This document shows positions 54,851 through 63,632 of a DNA stretch of 64,000 bases, piece after piece. Source of the stretch: Candidatus Limnocylindria bacterium (GTDB lineage Bacteria; Chloroflexota; Limnocylindria; P2-11E); contig DASYTL010000035.1 in assembly GCA_036002305.1 (NCBI GenBank), forward strand, positions 149,444 to 213,443. Direction: 5' to 3'. Position 1 is the stretch's first letter; every line of letters starts with the position of its first letter. The notes under the pieces were generated by a model. The model did no database searches. It was not told the origin of the DNA and saw only the letters and a list, made by a program, of their open reading frames with translations. The translations under genes were made by a program, and so were the position numbers.

Positions 54851-56502
54851 TTCGCCTTTCCGGCCGCCGCCTCCGCGCGCTCGAGCTCGTCCAGGTACGC
54901 GCGCGTGAGCGGGTCATCGGCGTCGATGCCGCTCGCGATCCGCAGTCGCTCGCGGGCCGCGCCGAGGTCGCCGGCCCGGAGATGCGCGAAGCCCGCGTCG
55001 GCGATGTAGGCGGCCTCGCGCGGCCGGAGCGCCGCGGCGCCATCGAGCAGCGTCAGGGCCTCGGCCTTCGCGCCGGACGCGAGCAAGGCGACGCCCAGCT
55101 CGTGCATCACGTCGGCCTGCCCGGGGGCGAGCTCGAGCGCGCGCCTGAACGATCCGGCGGCTCCCGCGAAGTCCTCCCGCCTGCGCGCGACCAGCCCGAC
55201 GCCGAAGTGCGCTTCCCAGAGCTCGGGATCGAAGGCGAGGACGCTCTGGAACGAGGAGCGGACCTCGTCGAGGGAGGTGGTGTCGGCCGCGAGGGCCGCG
55301 CGGCCGGCTCGCTCGAGCTCGGCCTCGAGGTCGGGCCGTTCGATCCCGAGCCGGAGGCGTCGCGCCTGCGCGGCCGTATCGGGATCGGCACCGGTCAACA
55401 GGATCTCCGCCAGCTCCCGCCGCGCCTCTTCGCGCCGGCCCGCGGCGATCTGGGCGCGTGCGAGGTGCGCCCGTGCGCTGGTCCTGCCGTTCGCCGCCGC
55501 GCGCTCGAAATGGGTGATCGCCGCGGGGTGGTCGCCCTTCCCCATCGCGAGCGCCCCGAGGAGCTCCTGCGCCTGTCCGAACACGTCGCTCGAGGGCGCG
55601 ATGCGCCGCAGGTGCGCGGCAGCCTGCCCCGGAGCGCCCTCGGCCACGTACAGCTCGGCGAGCACGACGACGTCCGCGTCGCGCAGCGGCCGGAGCGCGT
55701 GCGCGTGTTCGAGCGCGACGATGGCGCCGCTCGTCTCGCCGATCTCGCGGCGCAGCTCGGCGAGCATGTAGTGCGCCCGCCAGGACCGCGGCCTCACCTC
55801 GATGATCTCCTCGAGCGCGCGGACCCCGAGCTCCTCGTCTCCGCGCTCGACCGACTCAGCGGCGAGCACGAGCAACCGCTCCTCGGCTCGAGCCGAGCCC
55901 GGATCGGCGCGCACCGCCGTGACGTAGCGCTCGAACGCTCGACGGCGGGCGGCTGCCGCGGCCACTTCGTCCCCGCTGCGCAGGAGCGTGGCGTTCACCT
56001 CCTCGTCGAGCCCTTCGAGGAACGCGAGGTAGGCCTTCTCGTCCACCGCCTCGGGCTCGTCCCGGCCCGACGTCGGGATACCGAGCGCGCCGGCCAGCCA
56101 GGCGGCGAGCGCGGGCTCGGCGCGGTGAAGCTCGCCCTGCGCCACGGCGAGCTCGCGCTGCGCGACCGGACGGCGCGTGGCAACGTCGATCAACGTCACC
56201 GCGAGCGCGCGGCGGGCGCCATCCTCCCGGTAGAGGCCGGTCAGCGCGTGCGTCGTCCCGAGCGACTCGCCGTAGCGCGCGGCCAGGTCGGCGTCGGGCG
56301 TCGAGCCGAACACGAGGTACCCGGCATCGCTCTTCGCTTCCGGCATTGCCACCAGGAAGACCGGCCGGAGCTCGGCCGCGGCGTCGTCCGCGAAGCGCTC
56401 GACCAAGCGGCGTGCGATCTGCCGCCCGATGACGCCGGCGCGGGCATCGCGGCCCATAGCGCCAAACGGGATGACCGCGACGACGGGTTTCGCGGTCGTC
56501 AC
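54847..56502 (-). CDS. TPR-repeat protein
   Basis: Multiple 34-residue Ala/Leu/Arg-rich TPR-like repeats. GTG start overlaps the tyrS stop (GTGA). Confidence 0.7.
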   Translation of the reverse strand: MTTAKPVVAVIPFGAMGRDARAGVIGRQIARRLVERFADDAAAELRPVFLVAMPEAKSDAGYLVFGSTPDADLAARYGESLGTTHALTGLYREDGARRALAVTLIDVATRRPVAQRELAVAQGELHRAEPALAAWLAGALGIPTSGRDEPEAVDEKAYLAFLEGLDEEVNATLLRSGDEVAAAAARRRAFERYVTAVRADPGSARAEERLLVLAAESVERGDEELGVRALEEIIEVRPRSWRAHYMLAELRREIGETSGAIVALEHAHALRPLRDADVVVLAELYVAEGAPGQAAAHLRRIAPSSDVFGQAQELLGALAMGKGDHPAAITHFERAAANGRTSARAHLARAQIAAGRREEARRELAEILLTGADPDTAAQARRLRLGIERPDLEAELERAGRAALAADTTSLDEVRSSFQSVLAFDPELWEAHFGVGLVARRREDFAGAAGSFRRALELAPGQADVMHELGVALLASGAKAEALTLLDGAAALRPREAAYIADAGFAHLRAGDLGAARERLRIASGIDADDPLTRAYLDELERAEAAAGKAN

Positions 56503-57713
56503 CGGAAGCGGATGCGCGCGAAGGTTCGCTTACCGACCCGGACCACGGGCTCGCCCTTGACCGGCACCGAGGTCCCAACGGTCGCCTTCTTGCCGTCGAC
56601 ATGGACGCCGCCCTGCTCGACGGCGCGCCGCGCCTCCCCCTTGCTCGCGCGGAGCCCGGCGAGCACCAGGAGCTCGACGATCGCGATCTCCTTCGCGCCG
56701 TCGACCTTCACCTCGCGGCTCTCGACGTCGCCCGGCGCCTCGCCCTGCGTGTGCACGCGGTCGAACTCGCGCTCGGCTTCCTCCGCCGCCGCGACCGAAT
56801 GGAGCTCGGCGGTGATCGTGCGGGCGAGCTTCCGCTTCGCCTCTCGCGGATGCAGCTCCTTCTGGGCGATCGCGCGCAGCGTCGCCTGCACCTCGCTCAT
56901 CGGGAGCTCCGTCGCCCACTCGAAGTAGTGCGACATCAGCCTGTCCTCGATGCTCATGACCTTGCCGTACACGTCGCTCGGCGGATCGGTGAGCCAGATC
57001 GCGGTCGTCGGCTTCGACTTGCTCATCTTCTCGCCGTCGAGGCCCTCGAGGAGCTGGACGATGAAGACGCTCTGCGCGCGCTGACCGATCTGCTCCTGCA
57101 GCTCGCGGCCGGCGAGGATGTTGAACAGCTGGTCGGTGCCGCCCACCTCGACGTCGGATTCGATGGCCACCGAGTCATAGGCCTGCAGCAACGGGTAGAG
57201 GAGGTCCTTGATCGGGATCGGCGTCTTGCGCTCGAGCCGTTTGCGGAACTCCTCCCGCTGAAGCATCTGCTGGGTTGTGAACCGCGACGCGAGCCGGATC
57301 ACGTCGCCGAGATCGAACTTCCCGAACCACTCGCTCTGCATGACGATGCGGACGTTCTCGCGGGGCACGATCTTGTGGAACTGACCGAGGTAGGTCTGGG
57401 CGTTTTCGAGGACCTTCTCGTGAGACATCGTCGGCCGCGCGTCATCGCGTTCGGTAGGGTCGCCGATCTGGGTCGTCCAGTCGCCGACGATGATCACGAT
57501 CTCGTGGCCCCACCCGGCGAATTTCCTGAGCTTGCGCAGGCCCACGGCGTGGCCGATGTGGAGGTTCGGGTGCGTCGGGTCGAAGCCCTGTTTGATACGG
57601 AGCTGACGCTCGCCGGAGGCGAGCTGCGCCGCGAGGTCCTCTTTCACGATGACCTGGCTCATCGCGCGCGTGAGGAATTCGTCCAACTCGCGTTGTGAAG
57701 GGCGTGCCTGCAC
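56499..57713 (-). CDS. tyrS: tyrosine--tRNA ligase (Thermus-like type with C-terminal S4 domain)
   Basis: HIGH (LHIGHAV), KMSKS, GGTDQ. GTG 57713 preferred because ELDEFLTRA..VIVKEDL aligns with the N-terminus of Thermus-type TyrRS as I recall it. Alternative ATG at 57662. Confidence 0.9.
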   Translation of the reverse strand: MQARPSQRELDEFLTRAMSQVIVKEDLAAQLASGERQLRIKQGFDPTHPNLHIGHAVGLRKLRKFAGWGHEIVIIVGDWTTQIGDPTERDDARPTMSHEKVLENAQTYLGQFHKIVPRENVRIVMQSEWFGKFDLGDVIRLASRFTTQQMLQREEFRKRLERKTPIPIKDLLYPLLQAYDSVAIESDVEVGGTDQLFNILAGRELQEQIGQRAQSVFIVQLLEGLDGEKMSKSKPTTAIWLTDPPSDVYGKVMSIEDRLMSHYFEWATELPMSEVQATLRAIAQKELHPREAKRKLARTITAELHSVAAAEEAEREFDRVHTQGEAPGDVESREVKVDGAKEIAIVELLVLAGLRASKGEARRAVEQGGVHVDGKKATVGTSVPVKGEPVVRVGKRTFARIRFR

Positions 57714-60208
57714 AGGGAAAGATTACCGGGCGTTTCGGAGGGGGCGAAGCCCCCTTTGGCCGCTACCATGGACGTATCGCGCGATCGAAAACGACGCACG
57801 ACCACGCGCTTCGGCGCGGGCTCTATCGCTCGAAGCGGCGCCGGGGCGGCGGAGCGTTCAGCGGTTGGCGCCTCGCGCTGCCGTCGGGGCTGCTGGCCGT
57901 CCTGCTGGCCACCGGAGGGCTGCTCTTGGTCGGCGCGGGAGCCGCAGTCGCCTTCTTCACCGAGGACCTCCCGTCCGCCGTGGACCTCGCGAGGGACCCG
58001 CTGGCCCTGTCGACGAAGGTGTACGACCGCAGCGGCGCGCAGCTGCTCTACCAGTTCTCCGAGGAGAACCGCGAGATCGTGACCTTCGAAGAGGTCCCGC
58101 AGCTGCTCGTCGACGCCACGGTCGCGGCCGAGGACAAGAGCTTCTGGACGAACCCGGGCGTCGACATCCTCGGGATCATGCGCGCCATCTACTCCGACCT
58201 CACCCGGCAGAGCAGCGGCGGGGGCGGCGCCTCGACGATCACGCAGCAGCTGGTGAAGCAGCGCATCGTCGGCGCCGAGGTCAGCATCAAGAGGAAGATC
58301 CGGGAGGCGATCCTCGCGATCGAGGTCACGAACACGTTCTCGAAGCAGCAGATCCTCGAGCTCTACTTCAACCAGATCTACTACGGGAACCAGGCGTACG
58401 GAGTGAAGGCCGCGGCGCAGACGTACTTCGGGAAGTCCGACCTGTCGAAGCTCACGCTCGCCGAGGCCGCGCTGCTCGCCGGACTGCCGCAGGCGCCTTC
58501 GGTGCTCGACCCGACCAAGGCCGAGAACCTCGACCGCGCGGCTGAGCGCCGCGCGTACGTGCTCGATCAGATGCTCGACACCAACACGATCACCCAGAAG
58601 GAGGCCGACGCCGCCAACGCCGAGCCGATCAAGGTCACAGGTCCTCGGGTCGTGACGATCCAGGCTCCCCACTTCGTCTTCCAGGTGCGCAACCAGCTGA
58701 GCCAGATCCTCGGCGGCGACGAGGCGGCGGTGTCGCGCGGCGGCTACCGCGTCGTGACGACGCTCGACACCAAGAAGCAGGAGATCGGCGAGCGCCAGGT
58801 GCGCGAATGGGTCGAGCTGCTGCACAGCCGCAACGTGTGGAACGCGGCCCTCGTCTCCATCGATCCGCGGAGCGGCGAGATCCTCGCCTACGTGGGTTCG
58901 GTCGACTACAACAACCGCGAGGATCCCCGCGTCCAGGGCCAGTTCGACGTCGCCGGCATCGGCCTTCGGCAGCCGGGATCGTCGTTCAAGATGTTCAACT
59001 ACGTCACGGCCCTCAAGAAGGGCGCGACCGCGGCGACGGTCGTCGTCGACGCGCGAACGGACTTCACCGGCAGGGCCGACCCGACGCGCATGAGCCCGGC
59101 GCTCTGCGGCTATTGCCCCGAGAACGCGGACCTGCAGTACCACGGGCCGGTCACGATGCGGCAGGCCATCCGCGAGTCGCGCAACGTGCCCGCGGTGCGG
59201 TTCCTGGCCGAGTACTCGGGCATCGAGGACACGATTCAGACGGCGCACGACCTGGGCATCACGACCGAGATCGATCCGTCGAAGGTCGGCCTTTCGCTCA
59301 CGCTCGGCGCGCGGGAGGTGCACCTCGTCGACATGACCAGCGCCTACGGCGTGCTCGCGAACATGGGCGTCCGCGTGGTGCCGACGTACATCCTCAAGGT
59401 GGAGGACGCGCGCGGGAGAGTCGTCTGGGAGCACAAGGACTACGAGGCGAAGCGCGTTCTCGACCCGGGGATCGCGTGGGTGATGAACGACATCCTGAAG
59501 GACACCACGCAGCCGACGCGCAGCTACGTCTTCGGTGCGTGGACGAACATCGGCCGCGTCGCCGCGCTCAAGACGGGCACGACCGACAACCTGAAGGACG
59601 TCTACTCGGTCGGCTACGTCCCGACGCTCGTCACCGGGGTCTGGATGGGCAATTCGAACGGCGATCCCATGAGCTCGCGCGACTTCTCGAGCGCGATGGG
59701 CCCCGGGCAGCTGTGGCGCGACTACATGACGGAAGCGCTCGCGGACACGCCGGCGTCCGACTGGGCCCGGCCGTCGAACGTCGTGAGCGCGACCGTGGTC
59801 GCGGCGCCCGGGGCGTTCGGCGGCTACGGCTCGGGCCTCGTGCCCTCGAGCCTCTCCCCCTTCTCTTCGACCGAGTGGTTCATCAAGGGGACCGAGCCGG
59901 CGAGGGCGGACGACTGGTTCGTCGCGGGCTGCGTGGCGCCGGATGGGACGACGAAGGTCGCGATGAAGATCCAGGATCCGCGAGCGCCCGCCATGTGGCA
60001 GCGCTACACCGACCAATGGGTGCGCGACGCCATCGTCGGCCGGCACACCTACAACCGCTACACGTGGAGCCTCGTGAGCCCGGATCCCTGCCCGACGCCG
60101 ACGCCGACGCCCGTCCCGACGCCACGTCCGACCCCGACCGCCACTCCGGCGCGCACGTTCCCGCTGCCGTTCCCGACGCCCACCCCGACCCCGACCAAGA
60201 AGCCGTAG
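57695..60208 (+). CDS. class A penicillin-binding protein (GT51 transglycosylase plus transpeptidase)
   Basis: EDKSFWTNPGVD, RKIREA, SSFK, SRN, KTGTT, with a Pro/Thr-rich C-terminal tail. Start uncertain: GTG 57695 or 57704 would overlap the divergent tyrS 5' end. Confidence 0.9.
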   Translation: MKGVPAQGKITGRFGGGEAPFGRYHGRIARSKTTHDHALRRGLYRSKRRRGGGAFSGWRLALPSGLLAVLLATGGLLLVGAGAAVAFFTEDLPSAVDLARDPLALSTKVYDRSGAQLLYQFSEENREIVTFEEVPQLLVDATVAAEDKSFWTNPGVDILGIMRAIYSDLTRQSSGGGGASTITQQLVKQRIVGAEVSIKRKIREAILAIEVTNTFSKQQILELYFNQIYYGNQAYGVKAAAQTYFGKSDLSKLTLAEAALLAGLPQAPSVLDPTKAENLDRAAERRAYVLDQMLDTNTITQKEADAANAEPIKVTGPRVVTIQAPHFVFQVRNQLSQILGGDEAAVSRGGYRVVTTLDTKKQEIGERQVREWVELLHSRNVWNAALVSIDPRSGEILAYVGSVDYNNREDPRVQGQFDVAGIGLRQPGSSFKMFNYVTALKKGATAATVVVDARTDFTGRADPTRMSPALCGYCPENADLQYHGPVTMRQAIRESRNVPAVRFLAEYSGIEDTIQTAHDLGITTEIDPSKVGLSLTLGAREVHLVDMTSAYGVLANMGVRVVPTYILKVEDARGRVVWEHKDYEAKRVLDPGIAWVMNDILKDTTQPTRSYVFGAWTNIGRVAALKTGTTDNLKDVYSVGYVPTLVTGVWMGNSNGDPMSSRDFSSAMGPGQLWRDYMTEALADTPASDWARPSNVVSATVVAAPGAFGGYGSGLVPSSLSPFSSTEWFIKGTEPARADDWFVAGCVAPDGTTKVAMKIQDPRAPAMWQRYTDQWVRDAIVGRHTYNRYTWSLVSPDPCPTPTPTPVPTPRPTPTATPARTFPLPFPTPTPTPTKKP

Positions 60209-60213
60209 GCCGC

Positions 60214-60672
60214 GTGCCCGAGGGCCCGGCGGTCGGCGCGATCGTCGCCTGCGTCGACGCGTCGGGCAGGGTCCTCGTCGTGAAGCAGACCAGTGGCCCG
60301 TTCGCGGGCGCGTGGCTACTCCCCGGCGGCACGGTCGAGCGCGACGAGCCGTTGGAGGACGGCGCGCGCCGCGAGCTCGCTGAAGAGACCGGGTATCGCG
60401 TCGCCGAGCTTCGGGCAGTCGCGCTTTACGAGGTCCGCATCAGGCCGCCGGGCGCCTTCCACATCCTGCTGCACATGTACCGCGGCGGTGGCGTCGAGGG
60501 GACGCCCCGGCCGGAAGCGGGCGGCGAGGTGCGCTGGACGCTCCCGCACGATTTCGTGCTCCACCCGAGCATGGCGGTGCAGCTCGTCGACCTCGGCCTC
60601 ATCGATCGCGACCGCGCCGGGCTCCTCCGCGATCTCGCGCGCATCGGCGTCGAGATGCGCAGGGTGTCCTAG
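60214..60672 (+). CDS. NUDIX hydrolase
   Basis: Nudix box GGTVERDEPLEDGARRELAEETG. Confidence 0.85.
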   Translation: MPEGPAVGAIVACVDASGRVLVVKQTSGPFAGAWLLPGGTVERDEPLEDGARRELAEETGYRVAELRAVALYEVRIRPPGAFHILLHMYRGGGVEGTPRPEAGGEVRWTLPHDFVLHPSMAVQLVDLGLIDRDRAGLLRDLARIGVEMRRVS

Positions 60673-62982
60673 CTAGAGCCGGACGATCGTCGCGCCCTCG
60701 CCGCCCTCGGCTGGACCCGCGGGCTGGTGCTCCCGCACGAGCGGATGCTCGGCGAGCGCCGCGCGGATCGCCGCGCGCAGCGCGCCGGTCCCCTTGCCGT
60801 GGACGATGCGGAGCCGCTCGACGCCCGCGACCGCCGCGTCGTTCAGATAGCGGTCGAGTACGGCGAGCGCCTCGTCCGCGCGCGCGCCGCGAAGGTCGAG
60901 CTGCAGCGGAACGCTCGGCGCCGATCCGCGGACGACGGGACGATCCGAGCGCGGCGTCGCGTCCGACTCGGGCGCGGGGCGAAGCTGCGCCGCCGGCACG
61001 CGCAGGCGCAGCGCGCCCGCGGCGACGTCGGCCATGCCGCGGTCGTCGATCGCGAGCAGCGTGCCGGGCTCGGCCACGCCCTCGACGTGCACCAGCGCGC
61101 CGACCGCGATCGGGACGGTCGGAGGCGGCGGGCCCGCGGGCGCGGCCGCGGCCCGAGCCGACTCGGCCTCAGCGAGCGCGGCGCGTGCCTCGTCCACGAG
61201 GTTCCGCTTCGCCGCGCGATCGCGCGCCTCCTCGGCCTGGCGCAGCGCGCGCCGTGCCTGCAGGAGGAGCTCGTCGGCCTCCGCACGCGCCGTGCGGAGG
61301 GCGCGCTGGGCATCGTCCCTCAGCCGGTCGGCCTTCCGAGCGGCCTCGGCGGTGACCCGTGCGGCGTCCGCCGCGGCGACGCGTGCTTCCTCGAGCGCGG
61401 TGCTGAGCTCGGTCCGCTCCCGCTCGGCCTCGAGCAGCGTGCGCTCGAGCGAGCGGTGCAGCTCGGAGAGGTGCCGGTCGGCGCGACCGAGCACGCTCCG
61501 GTCGAGCCCGAGACGCTCCGCGATCGCGAACGCGTTCGACGCGCCCGGCAGGCCGATGCGCAGGCGGAACGTCGGCCGCAGCGTTTCCGCGTCGAACTCC
61601 ATGCTCGCGTTCCGCACGCCGGGCGTGTTGAGCGCGAAGGCCTTCAGCTCCGGGTAGTGCGTGGTCGCGGCGACGAGCACGCCCCGCTCGAGGAGTGTCT
61701 CGAGGACGGCCATCGCGAGCGCGGCGCCCTCGTCGGGGTCGGTGCCCGCACCAACCTCGTCGAGCAGCGCGAGATCGCCGCGCTCGGCGCCGGCGAGCGT
61801 CGCGACGACGTTGCGCAGGTGGGACGAGAACGTGGACAGCGACTGCGCGATCGACTGCTCGTCGCCGATGTCGGCGAAGATGCGGCGCACCACGGGCACG
61901 TGGCTCGTCTCCGCGGGTATCGCCAGGCCGGATGCCGCCATGAGCGTGAGCAGTCCGACGGTCTTCAGGGTGACCGTCTTGCCCCCGGTGTTCGGGCCGG
62001 TGATGACCAACACGCGGAAGTCGCCGCCGAGCCGAGCGTCGATCCCGACCACGCTCCCCTGCTCCACGAGGAGCGGATGGCGCGCGTCCACCAGGTCGAG
62101 GATCCCGTCGGCGTTGAGGACGGGACGCGTCGCCTCGAGCGAGTCCGCGTAGAGGGCCTTGGCCAGGATGAGGTCGAGCGCGGCAAGCGCGCCGGTGACC
62201 GCGTCGAGGTCCTCGGCCGACCGCTCGACGCGCCGCGAAAGCTCGTCGAGGATCCGCTCGACCTCCGCGCTCTCGGCGAGCTCGGCCTCGCGGAGCGTGT
62301 TGTTCGCCTCCATGATCTCGAGCGGCTCGATGAAGACGGTCTGCCCGCTGGCGGACTGGTCGTGCACGATCCCCTTCACCGCGGCCCGGTGCTCCGCCTT
62401 GACCGGCACGACGTACCGGCCGCCACGCTGGGTGACGATCGGATCCTGGAGCAGCCGGGCGAGATCAGGAGAGCGCACCAGGCCATCGAGCCGCTGCTGG
62501 AGCCGCGCCTGCGCCGCCCGAAGGTCGGCGCGGAGCGATCCGAGCCGCGCGCTCGCGCGGTCGAGGACCTCACCGGTCGCGCCGATGGCGTTCTCGATCG
62601 CGCTCGCCACGTCGGATGGCGGTCGCGCGAAGCGCGTTCGCGCCGCGAGGGGCGGATGCGGTCGCACGTCCGCGAAGAGGCGCTCGGCGGCGCGCACGGT
62701 GTCCGCGACGGCGATGAGCTGCGCCGGGTCGAGCGCCCCGCCGAGTCGCGCGCGCCGGAGCGGCTCGCGGATGTCGCGCGCGCCGCGCAGCCCCGACGAT
62801 GGGCTCGCTCGCAGCAGGTCCCGCGCCGCCGCGGTCTCGTCCTGAAGCCGCTCGGCTTCGCGAAGATCGGTCGTCGGCGCGAGCGCGCTCGCGAGCTCGC
62901 GACCGGGCGCGAACGATGTCCGCTCGGCGAGGAGCGCGCGGATGGCGGGAAGCTCGAGGCGCGCGAGTGCGCCTTCGTTCAT
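60673..62982 (-). CDS. mutS2: endonuclease MutS2 (MutS domain V ATPase plus C-terminal Smr)
   Basis: ITGPNTGGKTVTLK, LLDEVGAGTDP, Smr domain LDLRGARADEAL...IVHGKGTGALR. ATG overlaps the mpg stop (ATGA). Confidence 0.92.
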   Translation of the reverse strand: MNEGALARLELPAIRALLAERTSFAPGRELASALAPTTDLREAERLQDETAAARDLLRASPSSGLRGARDIREPLRRARLGGALDPAQLIAVADTVRAAERLFADVRPHPPLAARTRFARPPSDVASAIENAIGATGEVLDRASARLGSLRADLRAAQARLQQRLDGLVRSPDLARLLQDPIVTQRGGRYVVPVKAEHRAAVKGIVHDQSASGQTVFIEPLEIMEANNTLREAELAESAEVERILDELSRRVERSAEDLDAVTGALAALDLILAKALYADSLEATRPVLNADGILDLVDARHPLLVEQGSVVGIDARLGGDFRVLVITGPNTGGKTVTLKTVGLLTLMAASGLAIPAETSHVPVVRRIFADIGDEQSIAQSLSTFSSHLRNVVATLAGAERGDLALLDEVGAGTDPDEGAALAMAVLETLLERGVLVAATTHYPELKAFALNTPGVRNASMEFDAETLRPTFRLRIGLPGASNAFAIAERLGLDRSVLGRADRHLSELHRSLERTLLEAERERTELSTALEEARVAAADAARVTAEAARKADRLRDDAQRALRTARAEADELLLQARRALRQAEEARDRAAKRNLVDEARAALAEAESARAAAAPAGPPPPTVPIAVGALVHVEGVAEPGTLLAIDDRGMADVAAGALRLRVPAAQLRPAPESDATPRSDRPVVRGSAPSVPLQLDLRGARADEALAVLDRYLNDAAVAGVERLRIVHGKGTGALRAAIRAALAEHPLVREHQPAGPAEGGEGATIVRL

Positions 62983-63551
62983 GGCCGGGACACACCCGCC
63001 GAGCCGCGGACGGAGAAGCGCCACGGCTTCGTCGTCGTCGCATGTTGGTTGAGGCCGATGCGCGCCGAGCGCACGACGCGTGCGGAGGGCACCGGCGGGG
63101 CGTCCCGCACGGAGAGCGCCGACCGCACGAGGTCCATGTCGCTGTGCGCCGTCGTCAGCCCGAACGCCCGCGTGAGCTTGCCCGGGCCGGCGAGCGCCCG
63201 CGGGTCAAGAGCGATACCCTCGAGCGGCTCGGCGCCGCGCACCAGCACCGCGCCAGCGACGCCGTCGCGCTCGGTCACGACGTTCAAGCAGTGGTACATC
63301 CCGTAGACGAAGTAGACGTAGCTCCTTCCGGGCGGGCCGAACATGGGTGCCGTCCGCGCCGTCAGCCCGCGATAGGCGTGCGAGGCCGGATCCGCCGCGC
63401 CGAGGTAGGCCTCGACCTCGACGAGCCGCGCCGCGCGCCGGCCGGCCGGGCCATCGTAGACGAGCGACTTGCCCAGAAGGTCGCGCGCGACGCGCGCGGT
63501 CGGACGGGCATAGAAGGAGCGAGGGAGGCGGCGGCCAAGACGGACCCCCAG
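62979..63551 (-). CDS. mpg: DNA-3-methyladenine glycosylase (Mpg/AAG family)
   Basis: FYARPTARVARDLLGK, VEVEAYLG..DPASHAY, MFGPPGRSYVYFVYGMYHCLNVV. There is no canonical start upstream of the internal Met, so CTG 63551 (or 63572) is proposed. Confidence 0.85.
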   Translation of the reverse strand: MGVRLGRRLPRSFYARPTARVARDLLGKSLVYDGPAGRRAARLVEVEAYLGAADPASHAYRGLTARTAPMFGPPGRSYVYFVYGMYHCLNVVTERDGVAGAVLVRGAEPLEGIALDPRALAGPGKLTRAFGLTTAHSDMDLVRSALSVRDAPPVPSARVVRSARIGLNQHATTTKPWRFSVRGSAGVSRP

Positions 63552-63632
63552 CGGCGCGGGCGCGGCGCTCAGTGTGCTCGGCTCACGACCGCTGCCGAAC
63601 GTGGTCCCGGAGCGCGACGCTACGCCGGTCGG

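Noticed and set aside
60080-60205. Short-period CCGACGCC-type repeats, and the similar Pro/Ser/Thr repeats at 2650-2715.
   Set aside because: They encode Pro/Thr or Pro/Ser linker and tail segments within intact reading frames (the PBP C-terminus and the lipoprotein linker). They are not CRISPR arrays or non-coding tandem repeats.
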